64,000 bases of DNA, taken from the NCBI GenBank assembly GCA_013265495.1, contig MU058198.1, forward strand, positions 4,042,419-4,106,418. The letters are read 5' to 3'. The stretch comes from Vicugna vicugna (taxonomy: Eukaryota). Of the stretch, positions 37,680-51,274 are shown piece after piece. Position 1 is the first letter of the stretch. Each line of letters begins with the position of its first letter. The notes under the pieces are model-generated. The model was not told the origin of the DNA, did not search any database, and saw nothing but the letters and a program-made list of their open reading frames with translations. The position numbers and the translations under genes are program-made.

Positions 37680-38180
37680 TTAACATCTTTATTGTGGTAT
37701 GGTTCTTGTACAGTAAACTACATATATTTCAAATGTACGATTTGATGAATTTTGATAGATGTATACACCCATGAAACCACTACCACAATCAAGATAGCTA
37801 ACATTTCCATCAGACCCCAAGAGGTGCAATTTTCAAATTCCCAATTTATCCCTTCCCACCCCCTTTACCCCCTGATAACCATAAATTTGTTCTCTATGTC
37901 TGTGAGTCTCTTTCTGTTTTGTAAATAAGTTCATTTGTGTCCTTTTTTTTTTTTTTAGATTCCACATATAAACGATACAATATGGCATTTTTCTTTCTCT
38001 TTCTGGCTTACTTCACTTAGAATGACCATCTCCAGGTCCATCCATGTTGCTGCAGATGACATTATTTCATTCTTTTTAATGGCTAGGTAATATTCCATTG
38101 TGTATATATACCACATCTTCTTTATCCAGTCATCTGTCGATGGACATTTGGGTTGTTTCCATGTCTTGGCTATTGTAAAT
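37680..38180 (-). mobile_element. Two L1 3' fragments inserted in the Charlie1 element
   Basis: 'atgaattttgatagatgtatacacccatgaaaccac' (older); 'ttcacttagaatgaccatctccaggtccatccatgttgctgc' (younger; ORF2 C-terminal WKQPKCPSTDDWIKK). Confidence 0.88.
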
Positions 38181-39044
38181 AGAATCCTGTACTCTTCTAG
38201 CCAGGTCACAAGTAAGCCTTTCCTTTCTCCTTGGAGCTTCAAATATATCTCATTCATACATACTATGATATCAGTGACTGATAAATCACACTGCCATTTG
38301 TTGTCTTTGCTTGTTAAATATTTGGTAAGAATTTCTTCTGTTCCAAGAAAACCTTGAACTGGAATTCACAGTACAGTAGATCTTTGTAAAACTCTTCCAT
38401 GACGCAACCCATGAACCTAGATGGAGACCCAAGATCATCACATGGGCTGCTTTCTATTCCTTTCCACACGCTGGTGATGAGTCACCGCATTTGAATGCAT
38501 ACACAGAATACTTTTAATGTGTATCCATAACCCTTTCCATAAAGTCTGCTTCTGAAAGTGAACACAAATATTTTCAATATACGTCAGACAGTGGGACGAA
38601 GCAATAAGGGGAATGTCAGTCTCTTGTTTTGAAATTCTAATAAATCCAGATTTTTGACTGAACATAGCACCATCTGGCATGATAGCAACTAATTTTTTTC
38701 ATATCTCACTGAACTTCTCCTTGATCGGATATAAGAGATTCAAAAATTCTAACCTACCGATATTTTTTTAAGCCATGAATTTACAATGTTTCTTTATACA
38801 TTTGGAAGACCTTTAAGACAAAATATACCCAAAGTATGAACTGGGCAGTGTCTTATGGCATGACTCAGCTAAAATTTGCTATTTTTCAAAGTTTGTATTG
38901 ATTTGTCTTTGATAAATTCTTTTATTTTCTGGGCATTTGTTTGGTGGCTTAATTGAAGATGGCTCACTTGAAAAAGATGTATCTTTTTAGTCTGTTCCTC
39001 ATAATTTCTAACAAAATTTTCATAACCGAAAAAACAATTTGTTG

Positions 39045-39338
39045 TTTGTTTTTTGTGTTCTATATTGAAGTATAGTCAGTTTACAATGTTGTTGTCAATT
39101 TCTGGTGCACAGCATAATGTTTCAGTCATACATATACATACATGTATTCCTTTTCATATTCTTTTTCATTATAGTTTAGTACAAGATATTGAATAGAGTT
39201 CCCTGTGCTATACAGTAGGACCTTGTTGTTTATCTATTTTATGTATAGTAGTTAGTATCTGCAAATCTCGAACTTCCACTTTATCCCTTCCCCCCCGGTA
39301 ACCATAAGTTTGTTTTCTGTCTGTGAGTCTGTTTCTGT
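39045..39338 (-). mobile_element. L1 3'UTR fragment inserted in the Charlie1 element
   Basis: 'ttgaagtatagtcagtttacaatg'; aaaaaacaattt on both sides (about 39029 and 39339). Confidence 0.88.
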
Positions 39339-41639
39339 AAAAAACAATTTCTTTTACCATCTTTCCATTAAAAATTGTATGCATGTGTGCACAAGAATCA
39401 TTTTACAGCTGGCCAAATTTTACAATCTCTGATTCTGTTAAAACCTATTTAAAATTGTTCAGCATTTTATTCTGATTTCAGGCATCTAATTTCAACAGGT
39501 ATGTGTGTATGTGTGTGTGTGTGTGTTAAAACATACAACACAGCATTTTTATTTTGCTCTGCCACAGCAAATTGCAATTAACATGCATCGTGAAATTTGT
39601 GGCATTCTCTTCTTCCAATCCCCTTTTTTCTTTACGATTTTGGTCATAGCACTAGCTTCTGAGTCTCCATTTGATTCTGCATCAGGTGTATGCCTTCATT
39701 TTAAATTTAAAATTGTATTCCTGCAAAGGAAAGTAATTGAATTATGTTATAAGTAAAATAAAATGTATTTTGATTTAATTACCAGTTGCAATTTAAAAGG
39801 GATCATACAACTCATACTGTCTGCATAAAATAGTCAAGTAAACACATTACAGTGATTTACATCAGTGCACAGAAAAAAAAATTCAAATTGAATAAGTCCA
39901 TATACACCACTTAAACAGGGGATGAGTTCACGTGTAGTCCTAGGAATGTGCAGCACACGAGGCCCAGCTGTGACCACACGTATGTGCTCTGCATTATCAC
40001 AATAGTATTTTACGCAATGCAATTATTTGTTTGTCCTACCGAAATTCAATTTAACAAAAAAATCTCTTTTTCTGATTCAGTTTTGAAATTTTGAAAATTA
40101 AGTAAAGCTAAAAATTCAGTTCTGTTTCGAGTGCTCAGTGCCTACACGTGGCTGGTGGCTACTGTATTGGATAGCACAGGTCTAGAAATAAAAGGCAACA
40201 AAAAGAAGTTGTCTGAGCAATACTGCGGCTTAGTTCCGTCCCCAGAGAAACTCTGCACATGTGCACAGGAAGGTGTACAGGGGGAAGTTCCTTGCACCCC
40301 TGTTGACAGTGGCCACCAACCAGAACAACCCTCATCTCCATCAGTTGGGTTATGGCCAAAAAAAATGGTGATGGATCCATTCTAAAGAATTTTCTGTCGT
40401 GGCTGAAAATAGATATGTGATTAGATCTCTAAGACACATCACTAGGTGGGGAAGGGGAGAAAGCAAGTTGTATAATGGGATGTCATTTTTTTAAAATACC
40501 ACATGTTAAAATTGATTAGATAGACAGACAGACAGGTACATACCAGAGGTATTTCTGTGCCTCTGTGGAAGGAGAGAGGATACTTAGACTAACTTGCATT
40601 TCATAAGAAGAATGCTTTCATGTCTTACGCATATAATTAAAACTAATTCAGAAAAAAAGAACTCAAGATAGGGGATGTCTTGATGGAAGTGGAAAGATGA
40701 ACAAAGACACCAGTTAAATAGAATTAAGTGCAACACAGATTATATGGTGTCTAAGTAAGTGTTATCACATGGTTGCAACATTTAATGCAGCTGTCAAAAG
40801 GAATTCTTCAAAAAGAAGATATACAACTTATATAGTGGCCTTTCTGTAAATTGGAAATGGGAAATGCCAAACAGTGATCAAAACGAATTTCTGAGGCCGG
40901 CCTCCACCGCGTTTTGGCGAACCTCCAGGTTACCCGTCCCGCTACTGTTGCATGGAAAGCCTCCAGACCATGGTCCCAACTGGCACTCAACCCACTGACC
41001 TCGACATTTTCCAGCACACCGATTGTTTCTGTAGTTCCTATTTTCATAACCTGCCGTTCTTTTCCTTCCACTTTCTGTGTTTCTTAAATACAGATGTTAA
41101 TTAAGGGGTAATTAGGATCTGAACAAGTGATGAGGAGATCAGACAACATAAGCGTTCTCAGGGAAGGGGAAGGAAAGTAATCTAAGCTTGGGGGAATCCT
41201 TTCTTTACCTTAGAGAAACCCTGTTTCAAATGAATCGACACCCCAGTGCTCACGTTTTGCCTCCCCGTAGATCAAGTTTACCCCACAGGCCCCAGGACAT
41301 GGACTGATTAACTGAATCCTGATCCGAAGTTACCTTTGGCCTACCTGATGTTGACGGAGTAAACAGATTAGTCAAGACAGACAATTAAATCAACCGAGAG
41401 GTTCAGGAATCTTCTTGAACTTTGTGTACAAGTGTCCTGAAATTGGAGCTTCTGGGGAGCATTTGCTTCAGACTGTTTCCTGACTTGAAATTGCATTCCA
41501 CTTCCCTCAGATCACAGCCTTTACTAAGACAGGATTATGGGAACTCTGAACTATGTAAGCTGAGGATGTGGTGTGTGTCTGGGAATAAAAGTGAAATGAA
41601 CAAACCTATAGAAAGTCGAACAATAACACCCACGAAGAC

Positions 41640-43445
41640 GACATGATTCATACCGCAAGTGACAAGAGGGAAAATAAACAACAGAGCATTAACTTCAGAA
41701 AGTATAAAACAGGAGGACAGTGATGAGACCTAACGAAACAGTCATGAAAAGACTTAAGGACTCCCATTAAGAAACAAAGCCCTTTTAGACGAGATGTTAA
41801 CAATCGAACTATACCATGCTTCCGAGAGACCCACCTATGGAAAGTGAATCAAAAGTATTCAGTGAAAAAAGAAGGGGGGAGGGTGGTGACCTAAAATACA
41901 TCAGAAATACAAAAATAAAGGAAACAGAACAATACTACTAATTTTAGAGAAAAGAGGACAAAAAAGCGTTTTGGACGGAGTATTATTTTATGATTCCCCC
42001 TAAAAGGATCGTACCTTCACGTCTGTGAGATAAAAAGCAAAGTAATGATAGAAGAAAAAGAAACTGTCAAAGAATGTGAGATTCTACTTTGCATTTTTGA
42101 AACAGTTTCTACTGTCGTCTCCATTTATCTCTGTTATATGACACCAGTACAGAGGAAAGTCTTACAAGGGCTTTTCCTTGACTCCAAGAGACTGTGCTGA
42201 GCCTATATGCTGGCCGGGTCCCTTATAACTACATCAGCAAGAAAAATTAACCTCCCGTGAATAAATGTAGCTTACCACGTGGAGGGAACAAGTGCAAGTC
42301 TCTACAATAAACACTAACAAATGCCATCTCCTCTATCAAACATTTATTTTTTTAAGATTTAAAAGTTAACGTCCTTGGAGTATTTTGAGTCTTTGGGGGT
42401 ATGAAAACAAATTTCTGAATTTAAGGAAGTTCCTTGCCTTTCTTAGTTATCAAACTTAGACAAAAACTTAATTAAATGATGACAGCAAATCACGAAAGGA
42501 CAGATTTAACTTCATTTTGTGACTAGCATGTAAATAATCTTTTTAACGTGTCTTTAAAAAGAAATCTATGGAAGTAAAAGTCCGTGTTAGCATTCTCAAA
42601 AGAGCTGGAGTCAACAGTTATTTTAACTTAGAACTTTGTGTTAAGTGCCATTGAATTTATTACCTCAAATTTAAAGCAAGGCTGAGGCAAAGAATGTGCA
42701 GATTAAACGTAATTATTTCTATAAATTATAAGAAATATTGACAAAAATAAAATTGAGCAAGAGATTAACAAACTATTCTCATTTGGACAGAACAAAATAC
42801 AAGAAAATCAGAATTCGAATTGAAAAATGATAACACATCAGTCTAAATGAAAACTTAAATTCCAAAGGCAGAAATTGTACAAGTCAGATTACATATTTGA
42901 TAAAAAAACAAACTATAAATGAATAACATCAGGTTAATGGAAAAAAATGAAAATACTTAGAATTTTTTTAAATCTATAAAAATGACTTTAGGGAAAAGGA
43001 AATTAAAACTTCAGCTTCTGTTTATGTACAAAATAACACAAAAAGAACACTACCTTTCAAAACTGATGAAATAGGAGCAACCCAGGAATCAGAGGCAAAA
43101 TCATAATTTTATAACACTTTTACTGAGAAAGCATAAAAAGAAATAAGTTTCCCATAAAAAGATGCTACGGGAAAGAACTAAACGAACTAAAATAGAGGGT
43201 AGATGGACTCAGTCATGATAAAAGTAGCAACTATTATATGAAACAACAGAGAAAAACAAATGTTAAATAAATCCATTTCCTAGATCTTTGATAAGATCAA
43301 TAAAATAAAACATTAGAAAGATTTGCCAAGGGAAATAGAGTGCTGCTTTCAAAATTTGGAAAGAAGAAAGGAGGTTTAAGCCAGAGATCATTGAGATTTC
43401 GATGTTAGGAGAATATTTTGTCTACTCTATGCTAGTAACATTAAA
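41640..43445 (+). mobile_element. Highly decayed old L1 ORF2 (endonuclease onward)
   Basis: A-rich; 'actataccatgcttccgagagacccacct' (QETH-like), 'taagatcaataaaataaaacattag'. Confidence 0.65.
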
Positions 43446-43449
43446 ATTT

Positions 43450-45240
43450 GTATGTCATTTTATGGTGCTTTTTTTTTAACCAAGATGTATGGTAAACTAT
43501 GTTTATTAATAGATTGCTGAACACTGAGTATTAACTATATTCCTGAAATAAGTTAGGTTTTCTTTAGTAACACCTTGCTAAATTATATTCATAAATGAGC
43601 TTGGTGCATAGTTTTTGTGACATGGTTTTCAGGTTTTGATGTGCCTTTCACAGAAATACGAACGTCTTTTACTTCTCTGTGCTCTGATACAATTTATATC
43701 GAAGCAGAATTGTTTATTTCTTGCCTATTCAGAAGAATTCCTCTAAGATACCCTCTGGGTCTGGTGGGTTTTTGTTGGGGAGCTGGTTGATAACATTCTC
43801 AGTTTTGTTCCTGTTTATCATTTTAGGATTTTTGGTTTGGTACAGTTATTGATTATTTCTCTGGAAAATCATCTATGCCCTTCAGATTTTCAAATGTAAT
43901 TGTGCGAAGTTTCGCTAGGTACTAAATCTTTTCATTTCCTCTGTGTTATTCCCCCTCCTTATTTCTAACGTGGTGTTCGTGCTTCCCCCGTTTCTTCCTA
44001 ACCAGTTCACTCAGTGGTTTGTCTGTGTCACTGTAACCGACCTCATCCCAAAGAGCCAGTTCTTGGATTAACCAATTCTACCCTTTCAATTTGTTTTGTT
44101 TTCTAACTGATTAATTTCTTTCTTATTTTCTTCCTTCTGACTTCCTAGGGTAGCTCATTGCTCCTTTTCTAACTTCTTTGAATACTGAATTCATTTGTTT
44201 TCTTTGCCTTCTGTGCTAATGTATCTGTCTCCAGCTCCGTGTTCTCCTCTTCACGACCCATTTTTGCCACGTGACGTAGGTTTTGATGGGTATGGACTTT
44301 ATATCGTTATTTGAGATAGTGAGAAATTTTGGGTTTACTTTTTTTCTTTGATCTCTCTCTCTCTTTCTCTCTTCATTCCCACAATTCTCCCCCACCCAAG
44401 TAGGTGGTAGTTTTCACCCCCCCCCTCCTAGTTTTGTGGCTAATTTCCAGTTTTATTGCATTGTGATTTGAAAATAGTCTGTCATATTTTTACTTTTTGA
44501 ATCTTGTTAAGATTTTCTTTGTGCCTGATATGTAGTCCATTACTGTAAAAATTCCATAGGACCATGAAAAGATGCATCCTTTATTATCAGTGTACATGAT
44601 ACAAAACTACAAAGTCAACCTGCATGCAACATTCAGGCCCCCTAAATCTTTGTTTTTAATTTCCTTCTCCACTGGGAGAAGTGAGTCACGTGTCTGTTGG
44701 CCCTTGGTGTCTGTTGGAAGCTGATCCTCTGATGATTTTGATGCTGTCTTCAGTGGCGTCCTCACCCCATTGAAGTTTTAACCTAACTATAGAGTATGCA
44801 CACCGTTTGTCATTATAAAATGCACCTGTTGATCTTGATTATGTCATTTAATTCTAGTTTCAACTTTGTCTGATGTTAATATCATGAACCCAGCTTCTTT
44901 TTTGTTATCTTTACCTTTGTTCATAATCTTCAACCTTTCTGAGATACCTTGTTTTACATTTTCTTTTGTTTTCAACCAAAAGTTGTGTTTTGCTTTTTTG
45001 ACCCAAGAAGTCTTTCTCTGTAAATTGCTTTTTTAAAAAAAAACTTCACCTGCATTTATTGAAATAACAGATATGATTTGTTTTCATTCTCTCATATTAT
45101 ATGCTCTTTTAAAAATATTTCCTTTGTTTTCTATAGTTTGATACAAGCATTATGTTTTCTTCGCTTCCTCTTGGTTTCTGGTCATCTTTAGCTTTATAAT
45201 TGGAGGTTGCCTTTGTACTTTTAGATAATACTTTAAACCT
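43450..45240 (-). mobile_element. Highly decayed old L1 ORF2
   Basis: 'ccctctgggtctggtgg', 'taatttccagttttattgcattgtgatt', 'caactttgtctgatgttaatat'. Confidence 0.7.
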
Positions 45241-47023
45241 CCACCTCCCGATCTGTCAACTTTAGTGCATGTCTGTTGAGTTCCCAAAAATAAAGGAAAA
45301 TGGGTGAGCTCACTGTGTTTCTGTTTTGTCAGGTGTTGCATCAGGGATAGGGCGAGGCGAGAAGCAAAGGGAAACAGAGCTAGGCTGAGTCTCGGAGCCA
45401 TGGTGGCTACTGGAGGCTGGTTTCGGTTTTCTGCAATTGCATTAAGTGCCCCATCCAGGGTTCACTCCACCTCAGTTATCCCCTCACCCGGCTTTCCCAG
45501 GGATTCCTCCCACTCCCCTCGTAGCCAGGAGTGGGGAGAGGAGGGAACAGGCACCAGGCTCGTCCGCACATCCTCAGGGGACTTCTCTGATTTATTTTAG
45601 CTTTACTGTCTCCTCTTCTGTCCAGTCCTTTTATGGCAGGAGATGGTTAGAGCAAGGTGGTTGAGAGCAGTCTACGTCTCCTTTCCTTTTCCTGATGTCT
45701 GGGATAAACCAGGCTGGCATGGGTTAGCTGTTAGGACACTGAGATGGAAGCAAGGAGTGTCTCCCCCAGCAAGCGTGGGAGCCTTTCCCCCAGGCTGCTG
45801 GCTCATCCCCTCAGTTGCCTTCTCTCCAAATGGCGGGATGTTACTCAGATTTTTCAGAATTTTCACCTTTATCTTCTATCCATTCCTCTCTTCCTGGGGT
45901 GCAGGGCAGAAGCTGCCTGTTGAAGCTTCTATAATTTTTTCATTGACATTTTAAAGCCATAACATGACGTCATTAACCTTCCTCTCTTCCTCTAAATACT
46001 CCTGTTTTTTTTTTAACCTAGATTTTTGTCAGCTTTTTGTTCATTTCATTGTATTGGGATAGGAAAAGTCTGTCTCTTTGCTTCTCTCCACCTTTATATT
46101 CCAGAAGCTTCCCTTATCTTTGCAGCATAACACTCTGTAGTATAAGTGTACCATAATTTAGCTAACCATCCTCTTAGAGCAGTTAATTAGTGGAGCAAGC
46201 AATTAATGCACAGTATGATAAGAAAGCAGAGAAAATCATGTTTACACAGATCTGGTGAGTTTTTCGTTGATATGGTCCTCAAAAGGCACAATCTATTGAA
46301 GATCTTAAAAACGTCTGTACTCTTTAGTTCAGAAATTCCATGTATAGAAATTTATCTTAAGATAACAATTATCGAAGAGCCTAATGATTGCTACACAAGA
46401 ATATTTATTGGTGCCTTATATGGAAGACCCAAAATGCTGGCAACCTTCCAAGCATCTAACAATAGAAAACTGGTTGAGAAAATCATGGTACATTCATGCG
46501 ATGGCATCTACATTGTCATTAGCTGTTGGGAGGGAGTGGTAAAGAGACCTTTACCTTTTGCAGCTGGGCCAATCCTAGGTATGCTGCCTGTGTTTTCATT
46601 CTCCTTTCACTGGCCTTATGGTGAGTGGAAATAATTCCTAGATTCTAGCAGTGCAGTAACTCCCAGCCCTGGTTCTGGTAAAGGTTGGACAGCTCTGAGT
46701 ATAATTGTATGTGTGTGTGTGTGTCCAGGTGCACGTGCGCATGCGTATATACATGTGCATGTGCACATACACACATCCATGCTTACATAGGAATATTTGC
46801 AAAAGCGTGCAATAAGCTAGAGGAAATCGTTTTTACCAGCATCACTTCCATGGAGAGCACTGAATTTATTTGAAAGAAATTTACTTGATAAACTACTCAG
46901 AAGGAAGTATGAGACACCCAAGTGATCTACATATGGTCAGAACTGACTTGTAAGAGATAGGGAGAGGAATCTTTTAGTTTATTCCAGAAGAAGAGAGAAG
47001 GGAGAAGAGGACGTGGGAAGATG

Positions 47024-47689
47024 TGTCCGGGGCCCCCAAGACTGCCCTCAGGTTTGAAGATTTGCTAGGAGGACTCCAAGAACTCAGACAAGGTGTTGTA
47101 GTCACAGTTAAAGTGTATTACAGGGAAAGGAGACAGATTAAAATCAGCAAAGGAGGGAGGTACATAGGGCAGAGGGCAGGCAGTACCCTCTCAGTGGAAT
47201 CATAGAGAAAATGCTTAATTCTCCCAGCACTGCTGTGTGACACACACACACAGCGTTGTCAGCCAGATACGTTCACCTAAGCTTTGATGCCCATGGTTTT
47301 TACTGGGGGTCAGTCATGTAGACATGGTGTGACTGTGTAGCTGACCTTAATTACCCAGTCTCCAGCATCTCCAGAAGTCAAACTGATACAGCATCACCCC
47401 ACTATAAATCACATGTTAGCATAAACTCTTTTTTGGTGGTGGGGGGTGATTAGGTTTATTTATGTAGAGATACTGGGGATTGAACCCAGGACCTTGTGCA
47501 GCTAGGCAGGCACTGTACCACTCAGCCGTCCCCTCCCCCTGAAGACACTCTTATTAGGCAGGATAGTCCAAGGGCTTAGAGATTATCTCCTGGGAGCAGA
47601 TCAAAGGCCAGTCCTTTTTTTATTTTATTTTTTGAAACATGCAGGGTTTGACCATCCCAAGCCTGCTGAGTTAACCTTTTAGTGCATAG
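47024..47689. mobile_element. ERVL-type solo LTR (MER68/MER77-like) hosting a SINE
   Basis: Starts 'tgtccggggcccccaagactgccctcaggtttgaagatttgctaggaggactc'; ends 'cctgctgagttaaccttttagtgcata'. Confidence 0.78.
47429..47539 (-). mobile_element. tRNA-Ala-like SINE (Vic-1-like)
   Basis: 'gattaggtttatt..tactggggattgaacccaggaccttgtgca..ccctccccc'. Confidence 0.88.
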
Positions 47690-48084
47690 AAGAGAATGCT
47701 GAATGAAAGCAGAAAGACATCAGAAGACTCTTGTGGACAGAGCATCCTACCAATAATCCTCAAATACCCAAGAAAAGCCTGTAATAAATCCTGAAACCTT
47801 CCTGCCTATGAAGGGCTTATGACAATCTGTGAGCAAGAAGAGTTTTGCGTCAGAGAAAGAGTGTTTGTTTGGGGCGAGGGTGGTGGAGACAGACAGAAGG
47901 CAGGGGAAGTTAAGCCACAGGACTGGAAGGAATCACGCAGAGGGTTGCAGTCAGATTCTAACATCAGGGGAGCCAGACCTGGGGTGGAGAGGCCACTCTG
48001 ACGAGGAGAAAGGGCAAACATAGTTTTCAAAGCATCATTTCACTATCTTCTTTGTGTGACTCATTGGCATCCTGCCTTTCCTTA

Positions 48085-48246
48085 AGTGGTGGTTTTCAGC
48101 CTTAGCTGTACATCCCAATCACCTGGAAAGAATTTTTCTAAATGGCTCCACCCTGACTGACTCAGAGTCTTTGGGTATGGGGGATGGGCATTGGTATTTC
48201 AAGAAAATTTCCTGGATGAACACGAAGCCGGGGGTGAGAGCCACTG
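48085..48246. mobile_element. MER5-type hAT-Charlie element
   Basis: 'gtggttttcagccttagctgtacatcccaatcacctgg' ... 'tgagagccactg'. Confidence 0.7.
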
Positions 48247-48304
48247 CTCCAATGTGTTTTCGTCATAGTTGTAATGATGGTCTTGTTTGCATGCTATGCT
48301 AAAA

Positions 48305-48522
48305 CAGGGTCTCCCAGCCTCCCCACTACTGACATTTTGGCCAGATAAACCTTTGGGGGCACTGTCTGCTGCACTGTAGGATGTATGTTTAGTAGCCCCT
48401 CTGGCTTCCCCCCACTGTGTGCCAGCAGCACCCTACTCCCCAGTTACGACAATAAAAAAATGTCTCCAGACACCAGCAATGTCCCCTAGAGGGTCAAAAT
48501 CACTCCTGCCTGAGAACCTCTG
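48305..48522. mobile_element. MER20 hAT-Charlie element
   Basis: 'cactactgacattttggccagataa..aaaatgtctccagaca..atgtcccct..caaaatcac..tgagaacctctg' matches recalled MER20. Confidence 0.88.
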
Positions 48523-48774
48523 CCTTAAAAGAATTATGAAAAGTGCCACTTGTAGAAATTTGGGGGGTGGAGGGTGGGGATTGTGGACACATGTCTTTTC
48601 CTGTTCCTCCTCTACGTTCCAATAATGTATCGATCAATTTTTATGCGACGGTGGTGCCAGGCAGCTGTGGTCCGCATTCGGTGGGAAGTCGTGAGCAGTT
48701 GTCCTAGAGAACTGACACATACCGACGGAAGGTGGAAATCTTCTCCGGGTTCCTGAGAAATGGGTTTAAAAGCA

Positions 48775-49300
48775 CAGCCTCGTAACAATCCCGACTGCAA
48801 CAATTACCCGCTGGGTTAGGCTGGTTTTTCAACCTTTGACGAGCCAGAGACTCTGAAACTAACTAATCCCTCTCTTGCTCGTGAGTCTATGGTCAGTTGG
48901 CGGTTGTTCTGATGTTGTCCGGGCTCCCTCATGTGTCCGGGGTCAGCTGCCGGTCGGGGAGGTGGCTCTGCTGATCTTGGTTGGGGCTGCGGCTGGAACA
49001 GCTGGATTTGGCTCCACCTGACCTCTCATTCTGCAGGAGGCCAGCCAGGCCTGGTGCACGTGGCAGTCACGGTTCCAGAGGAATGAGCAGATACGTGCCT
49101 GGCCTCTTGAGGCCGATGTTGAAACTGGCCCATCATCCCTCCTCTGCATTCTTCTGGTTTGAATTGATCACAAGGTCAGCGGGTGGGAAAGCCGAGTCCG
49201 CTCTCGATGGGAGGAGCTACGGACTCCCCTTACAGAGTGACTGCCATGTGACAAACCTGGGGAGAGATGGAGAATTTGTGGTCATTTTTGCAATCTACCA
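48775..49300. mobile_element. Decayed MaLR LTR (MLT1 family)
   Basis: 'ctctcattctgcaggaggccagccaggcctgg', 'ggcctcttgaggcc...gaaactggcccatcatc'. Confidence 0.6.
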
Positions 49301-50534
49301 CGTTTGAGCAGGCGATTAACCTCAGGAAGCCTTGGTTTTCTCATCTGTAAAATGGGGATGGGATTGCTTCCCTCAGAGTTGTTGTGAAGATGATTCGATG
49401 CCTCATGCATAGTTGATGCTTCTTCTAAACCATTGCTGCTTTGACCATCTTGTTATTCTACTCTTGAATAGATTTCAATGGTTGCACTTTACTCAGTGAA
49501 TGAAATCCGAATTCCTTAGTGCCACTGAGAAAGATCTGGACCTTGTCTGTCTGCCCCTTCCCCACTTCAGTGACTCTGAACCACCTGAAGTTTCCAGAAA
49601 GGGCATTATCTTCATGATGTGTGCACCATGCCTTCACCAATGCTGTTCCTTCCGCCTGGGATGTCCACCTATGTCCTTGATGGCCTGAACAATTAGAAGC
49701 AGCCAAAATGCAGCCCCCTCTAGGGCTGCCTCTTGCCCACCCCTGCCCCCTCTAAGAAGAGCTCATTATTTGTTCTTCACTAAGGTCAGCAGATTTCAGG
49801 TGGGACACCCATGGGGCATAAGATACCGAACCACGCAGTGAGACCGTCATCCCCCTCCAGTTGTTTTTCAGCCCTTCACTCAGGAAAGTTTCATTTTGGT
49901 GCTGGTGTGTCTTTAACACGTTTCTCATACTTGCCAAACCTCCTTTTTTCACTCCTTAACAGAGTGAACCAGAGTCTTAAAACTTCCAGTAAGAAAAAAG
50001 CATTAACTAGGCTGCAATAGCACTGAACTGTTTCTATCACTTGTATTTTTAGTTACTTTCTCTCATGGCAAGTGACACTAGTTTTACATTTTTCATAGCA
50101 CTGTGAACTTTCCTTCAGAAATCACATTTATTTGGCTAATAAAAAAAGAGTCAAGTTCAAGGGGGAAAACCTGAAATGAGTAACAAACAATGTGTGTGGT
50201 GCTCAGGACAGAAATAGAGAAGGGGGAGGTCCTTGAGTGACAAGTTTGGAAAAACGCTGAAATCCATCAACCGGACAATCTCTTCTAATAAAAATCCTAT
50301 TGCTCTTCCAGGACTCCCTCACTGTCCACCAAGTCATGTCTTTGTCTAACTCTAGGTCCACAGCCAGCGAGGGCAGGAATCACATCTTCCCAGCCTCTGA
50401 TCCCAGCTTCTCACAAAAAGGCTGGCAAATTCGGGCGGTTGGGTACCATTCAAGGGAGAAGAGGGAGTTGCCAGTGAGTCATAATTCTGTACTCAGCTGA
50501 TGGCTGTTATCCCCATGGTGGTAGGAGGAGGGAG

Positions 50535-50880
50535 GGGAGTAAAAGTAGTCATTGTTATAGTAATAGCAAGAGTAGTAACAGTAACAGTACCAGTAGTAGC
50601 CGTAGTAATAAGAGGAGTAATAGGGATATTCACAGGAGTAAGAGTAGCAACCACTTATTAAGCATCTAATGCAGGTCAAGTGGCCTTAACTCTGTGTGCA
50701 CCTGCTCCTTAATTTCCCATCACAACCCTACGAGGCAGCTACTCTTATTACCTCCGTTTCACAGATGAGGACATTGATCTTAATGAGGTAAAGTAATTAG
50801 CCCCAAGCTGCTCCGCTGGGAAGTAGCAGAGCTGGGAGTCTGAGGTCAGCCTGACTTCCAGGGTGGCGTGGCTCATCACA
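50535..50880 (-). mobile_element. MIR with expanded degenerate (TAG/TAA)n tail
   Basis: 'cacaaccctacgaggcag..tttcacagatgaggac' preceded by gtagtaacagtaacagtaccagtagtag. Confidence 0.8.
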
Positions 50881-51260
50881 AGGGACATCCCCGTTCACTG
50901 AGGTTTCCAGCGTGCCATGCTTTGCACCCCTCTGAAGGCAACAGAAATGCTGCTTCAGCAGTTCATGTGTAATTTAAGGGAATTCTGAAGCAGTTTGAAT
51001 ATTTAAATGATGACTTATCGAGGCGGTGTAAAAACTCTGCTTCTCTTCAGTCTACAATCCCCAGAAATTCACCAAAATATCTGAGAACTCTCCTGTCTGC
51101 AGCTCCAAACACCACCCCCCGCCCCGGTCCCACCCATGCCATTCCCAGCCTCTGTTCGCTCGTTTTACTGAAGAAATGAGATTCAGATGGAAAAATACTG
51201 GCACAGGCTTGACCGAGGTTCTCTAATAAAGACGCTGTGCATCACACATCAGCTGCTGCC

Positions 51261-51274
51261 GTTGCTATGGTAAC
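51261..51274. promoter_or_regulatory. RFX X-box GTTGCTATGGTAAC within a unique GC-rich element (about 51230-51700)
   Basis: 12/14 match to the palindromic RFX optimum GTTGCCATGGCAAC; adjacent CAGCTG, TAATTA, CATCTG and CACATTCC motifs. Confidence 0.55.

Larger units (their letters stand above)
36863..40179 (-). mobile_element. Full-length decayed Charlie1-type hAT DNA transposon, transposase pseudogene on minus strand
   Basis: TIRs cagtattttccaata / tattggatagcacag; NTCTAGAN-type TSD ttctagat (36855-36862) / gtctagaa (40180-40187); colinear hAT motifs ESC..DTAQFILWV (about 38850), DGAM..QKSGF..HC..IENIC (ORF 38438-38680), WQCDL..DI..MNE..LKLQG (about 38230-38300), KYR..SHEN..VKYT.DF (about 37050-37130). 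Confidence 0.9.

Noticed and set aside
38438..38680. Domesticated hAT transposase gene
   Set aside because: Motifs are degenerate, split by stops and frameshifts, and interrupted by L1 insertions.
50479..50679. Tyr/Cys-rich ORF resembling a keratin-associated protein
   Set aside because: Reverse translation of a degenerate (TAG/TAA)n tail attached to a MIR.
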